37,419 nucleotides of DNA from Octopus bimaculoides (Eukaryota). Each line of letters starts with the position of its first letter. Position 1 is the first letter of the stretch. The stretch spans positions 3,616,743 through 3,654,161 of the forward strand of contig NC_068995.1 in assembly GCF_001194135.2 (NCBI RefSeq), given 5' to 3'. The notes below the pieces were generated by a model that saw only the letters and a program-made list of their open reading frames with translations, was not told where the DNA came from and searched no databases. A program made the position numbers and the translations under genes. This document shows positions 12,546 through 25,611 of this stretch, in pieces.

Positions 12546-12573
12546 TTCATTCTTTAACTTGCAACCAGAAAAC
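12546..12573 (-). CDS. RFX6: RFX6 28-nt microexon (exon 6 equivalent)
   Basis: tttgtag|G ... AATGAA|gtgagt. Encodes (R)FSGCKLKNE (RFX6: RFSGSKLKNE). Phases join exon 5 (phase 2) to exon 7 (phase 0). Confidence 0.93.
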
Positions 12574-12579
12574 CTACAA

Positions 12580-12856
<277 letters not shown>

Positions 12857-13114
12857 TGGCTTCCATAATCAATAAGTTAAGTTTTATTGAGGCTATCCAG
12901 AGATTTTCGAAATCTTTTTAAAGCCTCGATATTAAAGGGAAATTGTATTAACACAGGTTATATCAGTTACCTTTAGTGTGATTAAAGTAACTATTTATCG
13001 GTTACTACAGTCTAATTTTATGAAACATCGATCTTAAATTTGAGTAATGAATACTGTGAATAATGATTATTGAGTAAAAGTGATGTGGATAAAAGTGAAA
13101 AAGTGATTACTTAC

Positions 13115-13192
13115 CGAGTGAGACCTTTGCCTGAGTAAACAGAATGATAGTATTGACTAGTTTCTCGGATACCAATTCCATAATAATGATAT
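13115..13192 (-). CDS. RFX6: RFX6 exon (exon 5 equivalent): end of DBD
   Basis: attccag|A ... ACTCG|gtaagt; 78 nt. Encodes (K)[25 protein letters not shown](R). Confidence 0.97.
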
Positions 13193-13389
13193 CTGGAATA
13201 TAGAACGTATACAAAAGCTTATATAACGTTATATACACATGTCTATTCGTGCATGGATAAATGTTTATAAGTTGAGGGTCAAAGCTTCACCCCGAGCTAT
13301 AAACTCTTAAGGCCGGTTTCCCGGATTCTATGGTGTATGTATTCCCCACCTGGATAGGACGATAGTCCGTCGCAGATTTACTCTCTTTT

Positions 13390-13482
13390 TTTATGCTAGT
13401 TGACTGGACTGCAGCAACGTGAAATGAAATGTTTTGTTCAACAAACACAACGCATCACCCGGTCCAGGAATCGAAACCATAA
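13390..13482 (-). mobile_element. SINE family C (tRNA head + ttcatttcacgttgct core)
   Basis: Minus strand GGTTTCGATTCC B-box followed by gcgttgtgtttg...acatttcatttcacgttgctgcagtcca; may extend to about 13305. Confidence 0.65.
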
Positions 13483-13607
13483 TGGCTATTTATGTGTGTT
13501 GTTTAGTCCGAGGTAAGTACTGATTGGACAGCCTTATGGCGTAAGCTGTTGTAGAAAGGTTCCTGCTTCTAACTAGACATTTATCTGTCAAGGATTACAT
13601 TGGCTGA

Positions 13608-13789
13608 TGTATGTATGTATGTATGTATGTATGTATGTATGTATGTATGTATGCATGCATGCATGCTTGTATGTATGTGTGTATGTATGTATGTATGTAT
13701 GCATGTATGCATGTATGTATGTACATATGTATATATGTATGTAAGTATGTGTATGTATGTATGTGCATGTATAAATATATATGTATTTA

Positions 13790-13862
<73 letters not shown>

Positions 13863-13921
13863 GTATCTGTATATATGCATATGTGTATATGCAAGAGTGT
13901 ATACATGTGTGTGAATTCATG

Positions 13922-13962
<41 letters not shown>

Positions 13963-14250
13963 ATACTTAATATAAAACGTGTGTATGTGTGTGTGTGTAT
14001 GTGTAAGTGTGTGTGTGTGTGTGTGTGTATGTGTGTGAGTGTCTGTGTGTGTGCGTGCGTGTGAGTGTGAACAAGTTTGGGAATAAAAAATAATGAGGTA
14101 AGTAAAACAATTATTCATTCCTCTGAATTTTTTGAATAAAAACAAAAACCATAACGAAAATAATAAAAATAAAGTTTTACTTTACGAAATTCACTGTTTC
14201 AGTGTTTTAGCTTCCAGATATTTTGTCATAATTCAGCTAAAAAATATTAT

Positions 14251-14337
<87 letters not shown>

Positions 14338-14430
14338 ATATATATATATATCATATAGATATATATATCAATATATATATCATTTATATATATTTTATAT
14401 ATATATACATATATATATATATACATGTAT
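13608..14430. repeat. Compound microsatellite field (TATG)n/(TA)n/(TATC)n/(TG)n
   Basis: Direct reading; source of many spurious ORFs. Confidence 0.9.
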
Positions 14431-14640
14431 ACACATATAATATTTGTGTGTGTATTAATGCGCGCACGCGTGTGCATGTATCTATGTATGTGTGCATGTA
14501 TGGATGTATTTATGTACGTATATATATTTATATGTGTATATATACGTACATGTATATAAATATGCATTAACACACACACTCACACACACGCACACATATA
14601 TGTATATACATATATATATGTGTGCGTGTGTATGTATATG

Positions 14641-15125
14641 TTCAGGATGCGGTCAATAAATTGTCATCTGAATTATGTAAAAATGAAAATAACACTGACA
14701 TCTTGTTTTAACAGATATATTTACCAAAATTACGTAAAAATATCTTGAAGTATTAAAGCGTAAATTTATTCAGTAAAATCACCATCGGCTTCAACCACGG
14801 CCTCTAGACGACTTCGTAATCTTCTGCAACTTTTCTAGACGGTCTCCTTGCTTAAGTTGGTGAACGCTACCATAATCTTTGCCTTCAGTTCATCTTTGGT
14901 GTTTCAAGGAGTTTTGTTGATCTCTCATTCAACGGCGCCCCACGCATAATAATCAAGGGGGTTGCAGTCTGGGGAGTTGGGTCGCCAGATGTTCGAGGTG
15001 TTGTGGACGCAGAAATTATCTGAAAGCCATGACTGGGTTCTCCTGCTTATGTGGCATGGTACTGAGTCATGTTGCCGGACATAGGGTCTTCCAACAGCCA
15101 CCTTCTTGACCCAGGGCAGCACACA
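14641..15125 (-). mobile_element. Tc1/mariner DD37D (maT) transposon 3' fragment
   Basis: CVLPWVKKVAVGRPYVRQHDSVPCHISRRTQSWLSDNFCVHNTSNIWRPNSPDCNPLDYYAWGAVE has 37 residues between the second and third catalytic D. A TIR-like end (ttcaggatgcggtcaataaattgtc) is at about 14641. The fragment is 5'-truncated at a microsatellite. Confidence 0.85.
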
Positions 15126-15295
15126 CTGTGTGTTTGCGTGCGTGTGTGTGTATGTGCGTGCGCATGTAAGTTCTATGAACGTGTGTAGATGTTTCATTGC
15201 TTTTAGAGTTACATGCTATTTTTTTTCTAAACAATCTCCCTAAGAATGTCTCTCTACGAGGTGACCACATTTTGGAATTGGAAATGTCCACTTAC

Positions 15296-15357
15296 TTGGA
15301 ATGTCCACGTGTGCCCAGACGTCTGGTAGTGAGATGTGGAAACTTTTGGCGAATCGT
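15296..15357 (-). CDS. RFX6: RFX6 exon (exon 4 equivalent): DBD core
   Basis: cttttag|ACG ... TCCAA|gtaagt; 62 nt. Encodes TIRQKFPHLTTRRLGTRGHS(K). Not in the ORF track in this frame; found by reading the minus strand. Confidence 0.97.
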
Positions 15358-15650
15358 CTAAAAGAAAATGAAGAAGAAGAACCTTAACATGGTAAATGTT
15401 GTGGGAGATATTCTTTCGTTCAAAAGGCCATTTCACTCTGTGTTTCTTCTTTAAGTTTCATTCAATCTTCATCCAGACTTCATTTCCTTTTTCTCTTTGT
15501 CTATCTGTCACTCACGCATTCAGTATACCACATGGCTGTTTATATTAATTTTTGTATATACATTAGCTATTCGCTAAACCATCTATAAATATTTATGGAA
15601 AATACATATAAGCTGACGGTGATTAATCCCGGAAATAGCCGAATGAGCAG

Positions 15651-15703
15651 TCACTACTGAAGAGGCTACGGAAATAGCCGAAACTGAATGTTCAGCATAG
15701 GGA
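15651..15703 (+). ncRNA. Type I hammerhead ribozyme-like motif with U16.1>C substitution
   Basis: TCACTA-CTGAAGA-GGCTA-CGGAAA-TAGCC-GAAA-CTGA-ATGT-TCAG-CA-TAGGGA. Core CUGANGA and GAAA are intact; stem II is 5 bp with G10.1-C11.1, stem III is 4 bp and stem I is 5/6 bp. The cleavage triplet is GCA instead of GUH. Confidence 0.65.
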
Positions 15704-15854
15704 ATTCTGGAATCAGTGTTTTTGGGCGATTGCAGCTCTTGTGAGTATATATGTATACAATTATATGCTTTTACTACAGCATTAGAGAGCATTTTAGCTC
15801 TTATTTCTAGTAAAGTAGGTGTCTTGACGCCCTTAATCGCATTTAGTGTCAATT

Positions 15855-16215
<361 letters not shown>

Positions 16216-16696
16216 AATTCAGCTTTTAAAAAAATACCCCAAAGAAAGAAATAATCATGGTAACATGGAACCTAAAATATAATTTTGCTCTCCTTACATT
16301 TCGTATTTTTTTTCGTGAAAGACATTTTTTTTTTTTTAATACTACAGTAATTTACACAATTATTCTAAATAAATAAGTTTTATAATCAGTATCCTTTCTT
16401 ATGTTTATTGCACTACCTGGAGATATACGTTTAGAAGATTTCTTCTTATCAGAAATTAAACGAAAAAGAGAAAAATTTTCTGTTTATAACTCGGGGAAAA
16501 AAGTAAAAGTAAACAAACAAACAAAAAATAAACAATTAAAGTAAAAAGGTACAAAAGAAAACTTAAGTTTTTAGAAATAAAATGTATCAGAAAGTTTGAT
16601 ATATTTTGTGACAAAGTTCTCCAAAAGATGTTCGTTTATACAAAATTCCTGCAAAATTCAATGTAAACCTTTGTCGTTCAGTGGGAACCTATATGT

Positions 16697-16770
16697 CAGC
16701 TTTTCTCAACCACGGTTCGAAAGGCCGCATGGGGCCCTCAAGCACTATTCCGGCGGACTTCAACAGTCTT
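16697..16770 (+). mobile_element. Possible hAT-type MITE terminal fragment
   Basis: cagcttttctcaaccacggttcg...ggccgcatggggccctc resembles hAT CAG..TTCTCAACC ends. No partner TIR was found. Confidence 0.25.
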
Positions 16771-16842
16771 CTTTCTATTAATATAATAAATTTTTCTTTA
16801 ACTGACTTACGTTTTTGCTTTGTTGGTGTGTGTGTGTTTGTA

Positions 16843-16923
<81 letters not shown>

Positions 16924-17484
16924 GCATACGTAAGGTATATATGTTTATAACTATCTATTTGTATGTGTTACATGTAGCCTGCACTGTGTGAGTGACAGTC
17001 TCTTCCTCAGCTGTCAACATGTGTCCATAACGGTTTCGTCACCTTTCAAAAGAACCCTTTCCTCCATCGGTGCATAGCAACAACGAAGTTATCATGGTTT
17101 GCCCCAGTTGTTTCCGAGGACCACACCGTACCACACTTTAATTCTTGCCTTCATCCATAGAACTGGTTAAATATTTCCGAATGCAAAATTATTCTTGATT
17201 TCTAAAATAAAATATTCTTTTATCTTCAAATTATTAATTCTAAGATGATTAAGGAATTAGAATTAATGTTTATTGCAAAAAGCAAATTAAATAACCGATG
17301 CCTCTGGCATAACTCTCGTGTACTTTTTTCTTCTTTCGAAGCCATCAAAACAATCTTTCCTTCAGCCGCTGGAAATATTTTCTACCATTTTTCCAAAACT
17401 TTTATAAAGTTACTTTCAAAAGTATTTGAATTCAGTTTTGTCTTAAGGCTCTGTCATAAATGTCCAAGTAGATTCAAGTACGAG

Positions 17485-17605
17485 AAGATGCATAGCCTAG
17501 TATGTGGTGTATGACTGTTGGATCGTAGGTTCGATTCTCGAACGGGGTGCATTGTATCGTCAAGTAAGACACTTCATTTTACGTTGCTCTCATCATGAGC
17601 TGAAA
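17485..17605 (+). mobile_element. SINE family C
   Basis: GGTTCGATTC B-box, then caagtaagacacttcattttacgttgctc. Confidence 0.7.
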
Positions 17606-18458
17606 GAATTATTGCTCTCTTTTGAAAGTGACAATTACTTTCTTAAGTGAAAAACCGTCAACCCTAATATGGTGATGCCACACAATCTAATCATATGGAA
17701 CTGATGACAGTTAACAACTAGTATTAATTAAAAAAAAAGTGATCGAAAATATTTAAACCAGAAAGAAGACAACTGGAAATCAAGGAATAAAACTAAAAAA
17801 AAAAAAAAAATCAACGTATTCTCAGATTAAAAATCAATAAAAACAAGCTACCTAATTGTAATTAAGTTGTTATGATCCCTCAAGTGATGTTTTACTGTTT
17901 TTAGTTAATCAACTTATGAATATTCATTAGAAAGCTATGCCTTATTCTATCATCATCACAGCCTTTCCTTTAAACAGCTTTACCAAATGGACTCTTAATT
18001 TGACAATTTCATGAAGTTGAGAAGTTGTAGGAAGTAAATAGGGGTGGTTTATCATCCCCATCTGAGATTTAGGAGGAATATCGATTAAATAACCTTTATT
18101 GGTGCTTAATAAAAGAAGTGAGACAGGGAAAGCAAAAACTTCCAGTTAAGTATTTTTCTTTCTTTCTGCGAAGTGACATTTGATCGTGTCTTTAGTCCAG
18201 CTGGATATCGTTTACAGAACGTCAACAAAATTTCCTTCAAAATTCAATTAATCTTATCGGAAATACGTTTTTTTTTCCTGGTTAAACATCAGCAGGTGAT
18301 TTAAATAATGTTTGTTTATGACATTAAATGTACTTGCTTCAGCGGTGATAGAAAGAGAGATAGGAGTTTAACATTTAATCTCAGTCTGAATATAATGTAT
18401 CTGTCATTGAAATCATCCTGCCTTATCCGAAATGTCCACAAGAAAGGATGGATTGGAT

Positions 18459-18502
18459 GGCGCAAGAGGTCACTATTACTGGCGCAAGAGGTCACTATTA
18501 CT
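18459..18502. repeat. Perfect 22-bp tandem duplication
   Basis: ggcgcaagaggtcactattact x2 at the 5' edge of a SINE. Confidence 0.9.
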
Positions 18503-18660
18503 GGCACAAGCATAGCTGTGGGGTTAAGCAGTTGACATCACGTGTACCTGGCTTCGGGTCTAGTTCTAATCAATGGTATCTTGGGTAAGTTCCTTCACTA
18601 TAGCCTCTTGTTGACCAAAACCTCGGTAAATTTATTAGACGGTAATTGTGGGAAATTCGA
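18495..18660 (+). mobile_element. SINE family B, diverged 5' part
   Basis: gctgtggggttaagcagttg...ggtatcttgggtaagttccttcactatagcctc. Confidence 0.55.
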
Positions 18661-19047
18661 GTGAGGAACTTTTTTCTGTTTTGGGGCCAGAAACATAAAC
18701 CATCGTTACTCTCCACTCGACCCTTGGGTGCCTTTAGCGGAGCTTGTTCTCTTGGAAACATCGAGGCTTGTCATGGTCTACCGTGTGAAGATAACTTGTT
18801 TCTTTGGTCCTTTCAGTAGTGAAGGGTCTGCTTTTGTTTCGCAATTGCATGGTTTCGGGTTCTCGATTATATTTCCAGTGTTGATATAATTGTCCTTACT
18901 ACGATGGAAGGCCAGCTCTGGAGAGATTTGAACCCGTGTCAGGTGTCGAAGTGATCCCAGAGTAACGCGAGACGAAGTGTTTTGCTCATGAACACAATCT
19001 CGGGATCATGAGTGCAAAACTCTAACCACATAGCCATGCGCCCTCAA

Positions 19048-19063
19048 TAATAATAATAATAAC

Positions 19064-19150
<87 letters not shown>
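19048..19150. repeat. (AAT)n(AGT)n microsatellite
   Basis: Direct reading. Confidence 0.92.
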
Positions 19151-19151
<1 letters not shown>

Positions 19152-20224
19152 AATAATAATAATCTATTTAGATTTCGGTAGTGTTAAGTATACTTTAAAC
19201 ACATTCTCGTAATGTCCAAAGACACACGGTGTAGGAGATAATGACAGAGTTAGGTTGAAGCGACAACTTGATAAACATTCGATCGGATGTGATATATCGA
19301 GTTTATTTAGTACAAGTTAAATAATTGTTTGCGATGTCTACTAACGTCTTCCTTAATATGGCTTTCATCTGGAGAGAAAGAGAAAGAGAAAGAAGAAAGC
19401 GAGAGTGAAAAGGGAGATAGAGAGAAAGAAAGAAAGAGACAGAGAGAGAGAGAGAAAGGAAGAGAGAATAAAACCTTGGTTGGTTTCACTTTGATAGTGG
19501 ATTCGTCGAAAGAATTTTTCATGTCAAGGAGAGCGTTACGAAGACAAACAGCAGGTCGGAAGTCATGACCTGAGCTTGGCTTGTTTGTCGTCTTTTACTT
19601 GGAATATGTTTGAGAAAACCGAGCTACTCAGGGCACAAGCCTCTCCTACATAACTGAAGATGTCAACTAAGTGTTTTGAAGAAGAGGAAACTAAAATATA
19701 TCATTAAAACAAACTGAGAAAATACAGATCTATACCACTACTCTGTAGTTTTCCTCAAGTAAAGGAAGTGTAATATGGCGACGTTGCTATTTTACTAATA
19801 TATTTCAAGTCTGATCGTTGATATTTCCAATAAATAACTTCATGTGGTTAGTGACAGAGGTACGCAGAAGAAAAACCATCTTGTTAAGTAATTTCCGGAA
19901 TTTCTAAATAGATATTTTATCAAATAAATTTAATTTACTGGAAATATTCTCCTCTCTTCACTGACAAAAATAATTAACATTTGCGTTCTCTGTTTGGAAC
20001 TAATTGATCCCAATCAGCTACAAATATAATTTGGATGTTTTTAATTTTTTTTTTTAATAATTCCTATCTTTGAAATGGTGTAGTTTAATTCTGAATAAGT
20101 CATACAAATACAATATTACTTTTGATAATTTTAAAACTGTGTTACCAATATTATTTTAATGAAAATAACAATATATATTTATTTCATTTTTTCCCTGCAA
20201 CAATTAATATCGATTTTGACTAGT

Positions 20225-20385
20225 CAGTGGAGACATAATCGATTGAATCAATTCGATTATATTTCCAGTGTTGATATATTTGTCCTTGCTACGATGGAAG
20301 GCCAGCTCTGGAGAGATTTGAACGTGGAAATGAGAGAAAGAAAGTTATAAAATACTGTAAGGAACTTTGTCTGGCGCTCTATTGG
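20225..20385 (-). mobile_element. Diverged SINE family A-like copy
   Basis: ...gatggaaggccagctctggagagatttgaac...aaatactgtaaggaactttgtctggcgctcta follows the family A layout in reverse. Confidence 0.5.
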
Positions 20386-20612
20386 TTTAGATAAGTTATC
20401 AATCTAAAGGACTTAATGTAATACTTTATACGGGATTGCCCCAGCTGCTAGAAATAGCAACCAAATCTCTCTAAAAAAAAAAAAGAAAAAAGAAGAGGAA
20501 ATTGGACCGTGTAGGCCTAAGTGGATCATGCCTCAAAAAATTGGCTTGCTAGTCGTGGATGGAATGCTTTTGATCATGGCGCTGTTGAATCAGAGCATAC
20601 TTGGAGATCAGC

Positions 20613-20737
20613 AAGAAGAAGAAGAAGAAGAAGAAGAAGAAGAAGAAGAAGAAGAAGACGAAGAAGAAGAAGAAGAAGAAGAAGAAGAAGAAGAAGAAGA
20701 AGAAGAAGAAGAACAACAACAACAACAACAACAACAA
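20613..20737. repeat. (GAA)n(CAA)n microsatellite
   Basis: Direct reading; one GAC interruption. Confidence 0.95.
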
Positions 20738-21853
20738 TGAATACAATGCAGAAATTAATTCCACGCTCATTTTCAATATTTTGCCAATTTCCTGTTCTGA
20801 CACAATAAGTCAACGTGTGACTTACTCGAACATTCTCAAAGACAGAAGCCATTTTTTCAAAAAAAATTACAATCGATGATGTCTTTTGTTTTCTCATTGT
20901 TACTGCCACCTATTGGCAAAATAAGTTATTAAAACAGCGATATAATCACGTTTAATAAACATCGATTGGTGGGAAGAAATTGAAATATCGTATTTCGTTG
21001 TTGAAAATCTTAGAAAAGTTTGTACTTTGTTGAACCAGGAAATATTGACGTTATTAATTTAACAGCCATTTTGAATTGATGTTGAAAAGAAGTTTAATAG
21101 ATTCTTCCCCAGAGCATTTTTTGTTTATTTCACCGAAAAATTGATCAGTAAAACATTATTAAATGGATAATTAAATGCTTCTTAACCAAAAGTTGTGGAA
21201 TTTTCTCCGTTTTAAAATTAGTTAATAATAGTAACAAGGTCTTGCAGATATGTATTAGGAAATGAATGAACAAAGAAAAAAGAAGGTAAAACGGGAGAGA
21301 CATGTTTTAACAAATGTTGTAGGGGCTTAATGTGTAAAAGGATGGAAAAGTGTTTTGACGCTTCGGATGCTAATCCCTCACCAGAAAAATTAAAAAGTTG
21401 AGAAAAGATGGTATGAAAAATAAGAATGAGAAAAGGTGGTGGGGGATGGGAGGAAAACATAAAGTAAGGGACCAGAGTACAGTTCTATAGGGGAAGGTTA
21501 GGTAGAAAAGAGGAGGCGGCAGGGTGGAGTGTACGTATAAGAGGGTGTCTGTGTATAGAGATTAACATAAGGGAAAATGTGAGTGTGTGGTGGCGTTAAG
21601 TGCGTGGGGTTTCTTGAGGTGTGCATAGATGTATGGAAGTATGAAAGTATGGTGGTGTAGTGTTGTGGGGTTGTGTGGGAAGAATGTGTGTAAGTGTAAA
21701 CGTATTGAATGAAAGAGGAAGGCTTAAAGAGGAGGGGTATGAGGCGGGTACGATAGTGAGGTGAAAGTGAAGATAAACGTGATATTTAAACAAAGACGAT
21801 GATGAAAACAAGGTATGAATGGTGAAACGAGTATAGCTTGAAGATATACTTAC

Positions 21854-21977
21854 TTTTCCGAACGTGGCAGCGCAGGCAGGTTCTAGGATTTCTTGACGAC
21901 AAAAATCTAAATAATGAGCATAAAGAATGCACCGTGGAAGGCAAACACCATCACAAATGCAGTAGTTATCTTCCAGC
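21854..21977 (-). CDS. RFX6: RFX6 exon (vertebrate exon 3 equivalent): N-terminal half of the RFX winged-helix DNA-binding domain
   Basis: cttctag|G ... GGAAAA|gtaagt; 124 nt. Encodes (W)[58 protein letters not shown] and [10 protein letters not shown] are RFX6-type, whereas RFX4 has GVCIPRSALY and QPVNAASFGK. Confidence 0.97.
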
Positions 21978-22384
21978 CTAGAAGTTGGAGAGAATAGAAG
22001 AGAGAAAGAGAAATGCATACGATAAACAGGACCGTCGTAGTAACTGAGATTCATATAGAGAGGCTAAATTTTGTATTTTAATGAAATTTAGTATAACTTC
22101 TTATGAATTGGAGTCGGGAAATGACAGAGAGTAACAGGTTCATTACCAAACCTCTTACGTTTACCATCTAGCTGACAAGCATGAATTAATTAGAGTACTG
22201 ATCGAACTCAGGTTGAACACGTGAGATAAGTGTATTTTGTCCTCGACTGAGCGATATGCATGTCAGCCGTCACTCGCGAGAGAGTATAACTTGGTACTGT
22301 ATACTATGCTTTTATTAACTGTTTTAGATGCCTATGTAGTTAAGAACAAACATAGGCACATCGGCTCTTCCAATCTTCGGCTAA

Positions 22385-22513
22385 GAAGAGTGGGGCAACG
22401 TGAAATGAAGTGCCCTGCGCAAGGACAAACGCACTGCTCAGTCCAGGATTTGAACTCACAACATTATTATCGTGAACCAAACATCTTAGCCATAAGGCTA
22501 CGCACCTTCGCCC

Positions 22514-22515
<2 letters not shown>
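22385..22515 (-). mobile_element. SINE family C
   Basis: gcaacgtgaaatgaagtgccctgcgcaaggaca...ggatttgaactc is the reverse complement of the core plus B-box. Confidence 0.7.
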
Positions 22516-22561
<46 letters not shown>

Positions 22562-24333
22562 NNNNNNNNNNNNNNNNNNNNNNNNNNNNNNNNNNNNNNN
22601 NNNNNNNNNNNNNNNNNNNNNNNNNNNNNNNNNNNNNNNNNNNNNNNNNNNNNNNNNNNNNNNNNNNNNNNNNNNNNNNNNNNNNNNNNNNNNNNNNNNN
22701 NNNNNNNNNNNNNNNNNNNNNNNNNNNNNNNNNNNNNNNNNNNNNNNNNNNNNNNNNNNNNNNNNNNNNNNNNNNNNNNNNNNNNNNNNNNNNNNNNNNN
22801 NNNNNNNNNNNNNNNNNNNNNNNNNNNNNNNNNNNNNNNNNNNNNNNNNNNNNNNNNNNNNNNNNNNNNNNNNNNNNNNNNNNNNNNNNNNNNNNNNNNN
22901 NNNNNNNNNNNNNNNNNNNNNNNNNNNNNNNNNNNNNNNNNNNNNNNNNNNNNNNNNNNNNNAGAGAGAGAGAGAGAGAGAGAAATGTAAGAATATATTT
23001 CAGATATTGATCAGTTTAAGCTGACGTCACAGTTACCCATTATTATTGTAGTTGTATCGTAATTACTGCCCTTTATCAAATATGTCATTTAAAAAGAACT
23101 ACTTCATTGGGATCTGTAGCTCAGGATCACTCATCTCTGATATCCAAACTAACCAACTTCTCATTCATATAATCCAATGAAAGAAACCATTGTAAAAAAA
23201 AAAAAAGAAAAAAAGAAAAAAAGAAAAGAAATAGGCTTTTATAACCGACTGCCATCATAAATGTCGGCAAACATGACAGCCCTCCTACGTTAGCCGCTGT
23301 TGAACCGCCATCATTTCTTCTGACAAAATCACAAACTCTTTACTTGTATATTTTATTACTTTAAATTTCTTTCACAATCTCCCTCCTCCCACCGNNNNNN
23401 NNNNNNNNNNNNNNNNNNNNNNNNNNNNNNNNNNNNNNNNNNNNNNNNNNNNNNNNNNNNNNNNNNNNNNNNNNNNNNNNNNNNNNNNNNNNNNNNNNNN
23501 NNNNNNNNNNNNNNNNNNNNNNNNNNNNNNNNNNNNNNNNNNNNNNNNNNNNNNNNNNNNNNNNNNNNNNNNNNNNNNNNNNNNNNNNNNNNNNNNNNNN
23601 NNNNNNNNNNNNNNNNNNNNNNNNNNNNNNNNNNNNNNNNNNNNNNNNNNNNNNNNNNNNNNNNNNNNNNNNNNNNNNNNNNNNNNNNNNNNNNNNNNNN
23701 NNNNNNNNNNNNNNNNNNNNNNNNNNNNNNNNNNNNNNNNNNNNNNNNNNNNNNNNNNNNNNNNNNNNNNNNNNNNNNNNNNNNNNNNNNNNNNNNNNNN
23801 NNNNNNNNNNNNNNNNNNNNNNNNNNNNNNNNNNNNNNNNNNNNNNNNNNNNNNNNNNNNNNNNNNNNNNNNNNNNNNNNNNNNNNNNNNNNNNNNNNNN
23901 NNNNNNNNNNNNNNNNNNNNNNNNNNNNNNNNNNNNNNNNNNNNNNNNNNNNNNNNNNNNNNNNNNNNNNNNNNNNNNNNNNNNNNNNNNNNNNNNNNNN
24001 NNNNNNNNNNNNNNNNNNNNNNNNNNNNNNNNNTAATCAAAGAGGAGGAAAGTAGCGCCTCGGAACATATCTTACTTTGTTCTATTAAAGAATAAATAAA
24101 TCAGTTCTTGCCGTCTCCCTCCCACACATCCAACAACAAATTAATAATGTTTTCATCACAAAATGTCCAGAACATGAATTTCCTTATTCAAACTGATCTT
24201 CCTATATTCATTAGATCTTCTCTTTCACTTCAGATCTCTTTCTTTCACTTCATCTATCTTTATTCTTTCTTTCTCTTTCTTCCAATACTTATTTTATTTC
24301 TAGATTATATATATATATATATATATGCTTTCC

Positions 24334-24410
<77 letters not shown>

Positions 24411-25380
24411 AATCAATATTTATATTTCTCCTCTTATCGCTGGGTTTTATTATAATATAAATATGTCATGTCACAAGTCTTAAAGCCAAATCGTTTCTTA
24501 GATTAATGATAACGGCTTCAAGAAAATAAACACAAAATGAACATGAAAGACTTCAGAGAAATTGAAGTTTCGCCACATATGTGACCAAACCACCGAATTC
24601 ACTTTTCCAATTAATAAAATATAATTACTGTAATTTAATTTAATCTTCAGATAAACGTCTTGTAATATATAACTTTTCATTTTTTTAATTGAGAAATTTC
24701 TAAGCTAAATTTCGTCAATGGAAGGCGGATTTTGTAAGAAGGAAAAGAGTTACGAAGAACGTTTATTAATATAATTTATATAATTACAAAGAGTGAGCCA
24801 AGGGAAATAACTCAAGTGAACCTATGGCATAAATTTAAATAAATCTGGTAGACAGTGGTGTACTTAACGACGTATGCAAACAAATTTTTGGTTTTATTCT
24901 TATGTTTTTAAAAACTTCTACCAAGATTCTCCAATTGGTAGTGAAGAAGAAAAAGAAGAAGACAGGAAGGAAATGAAGAATGAAAAAACGATGTCTGATA
25001 GTTAATAAAGACGATGAAAGTGTTGAAGAAAGGAAGGTGAAAATGATGAAGACAATGAAAAAGAAGTCGAAGGGGATACAGAAGAGGAAGAATATGGAAG
25101 ATGGAGAAGAAGATGATGATGATGATGATGATGATGGTAACGAGGAGGAAGAGGAAGAAGTAGGCAGTTGATAAAAATGATGAGAAAGAAGGTGAAAAAG
25201 AATATGACGAACAAGAAGGATGATGTTGAAGAAAAGTATAAGAAACAGAAGAGGAGAAGGAGGAGGAAGAAGGAAGAAGAAGGATATGAAGAAGAATTAT
25301 GATGATGAATTATATGAAGAAGAAGACGACAACGACGACGAAGAATATGAAGGAAAATAGATGAAGAAAGCATAACTTAC

Positions 25381-25578
25381 CATTGTAACGTCAAAGCTGT
25401 TTGTTTCTTTTTGTCTCTCATGATTTGAGCAACGGTTTTCTTTGGAGCTTGTGAGTTATTATTATTATTATTATTGTTATTATTATTGTTAGTGTTTTTG
25501 TTGGAATTATTAGTAACCCTGGTTCGAGATTTAGGTATCTCTGGTTTGTCACCATCATCATCTTCATCATCATCGCCA

Positions 25579-25611
<33 letters not shown>

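Noticed and set aside
16255-17083. X-box half-sites (CATGGTAAC at about 16256, CATAGCAAC at about 17074) suggesting RFX autoregulation
   Set aside because: Only half of the GTTRCCATRGYAAC palindrome matches in each case.
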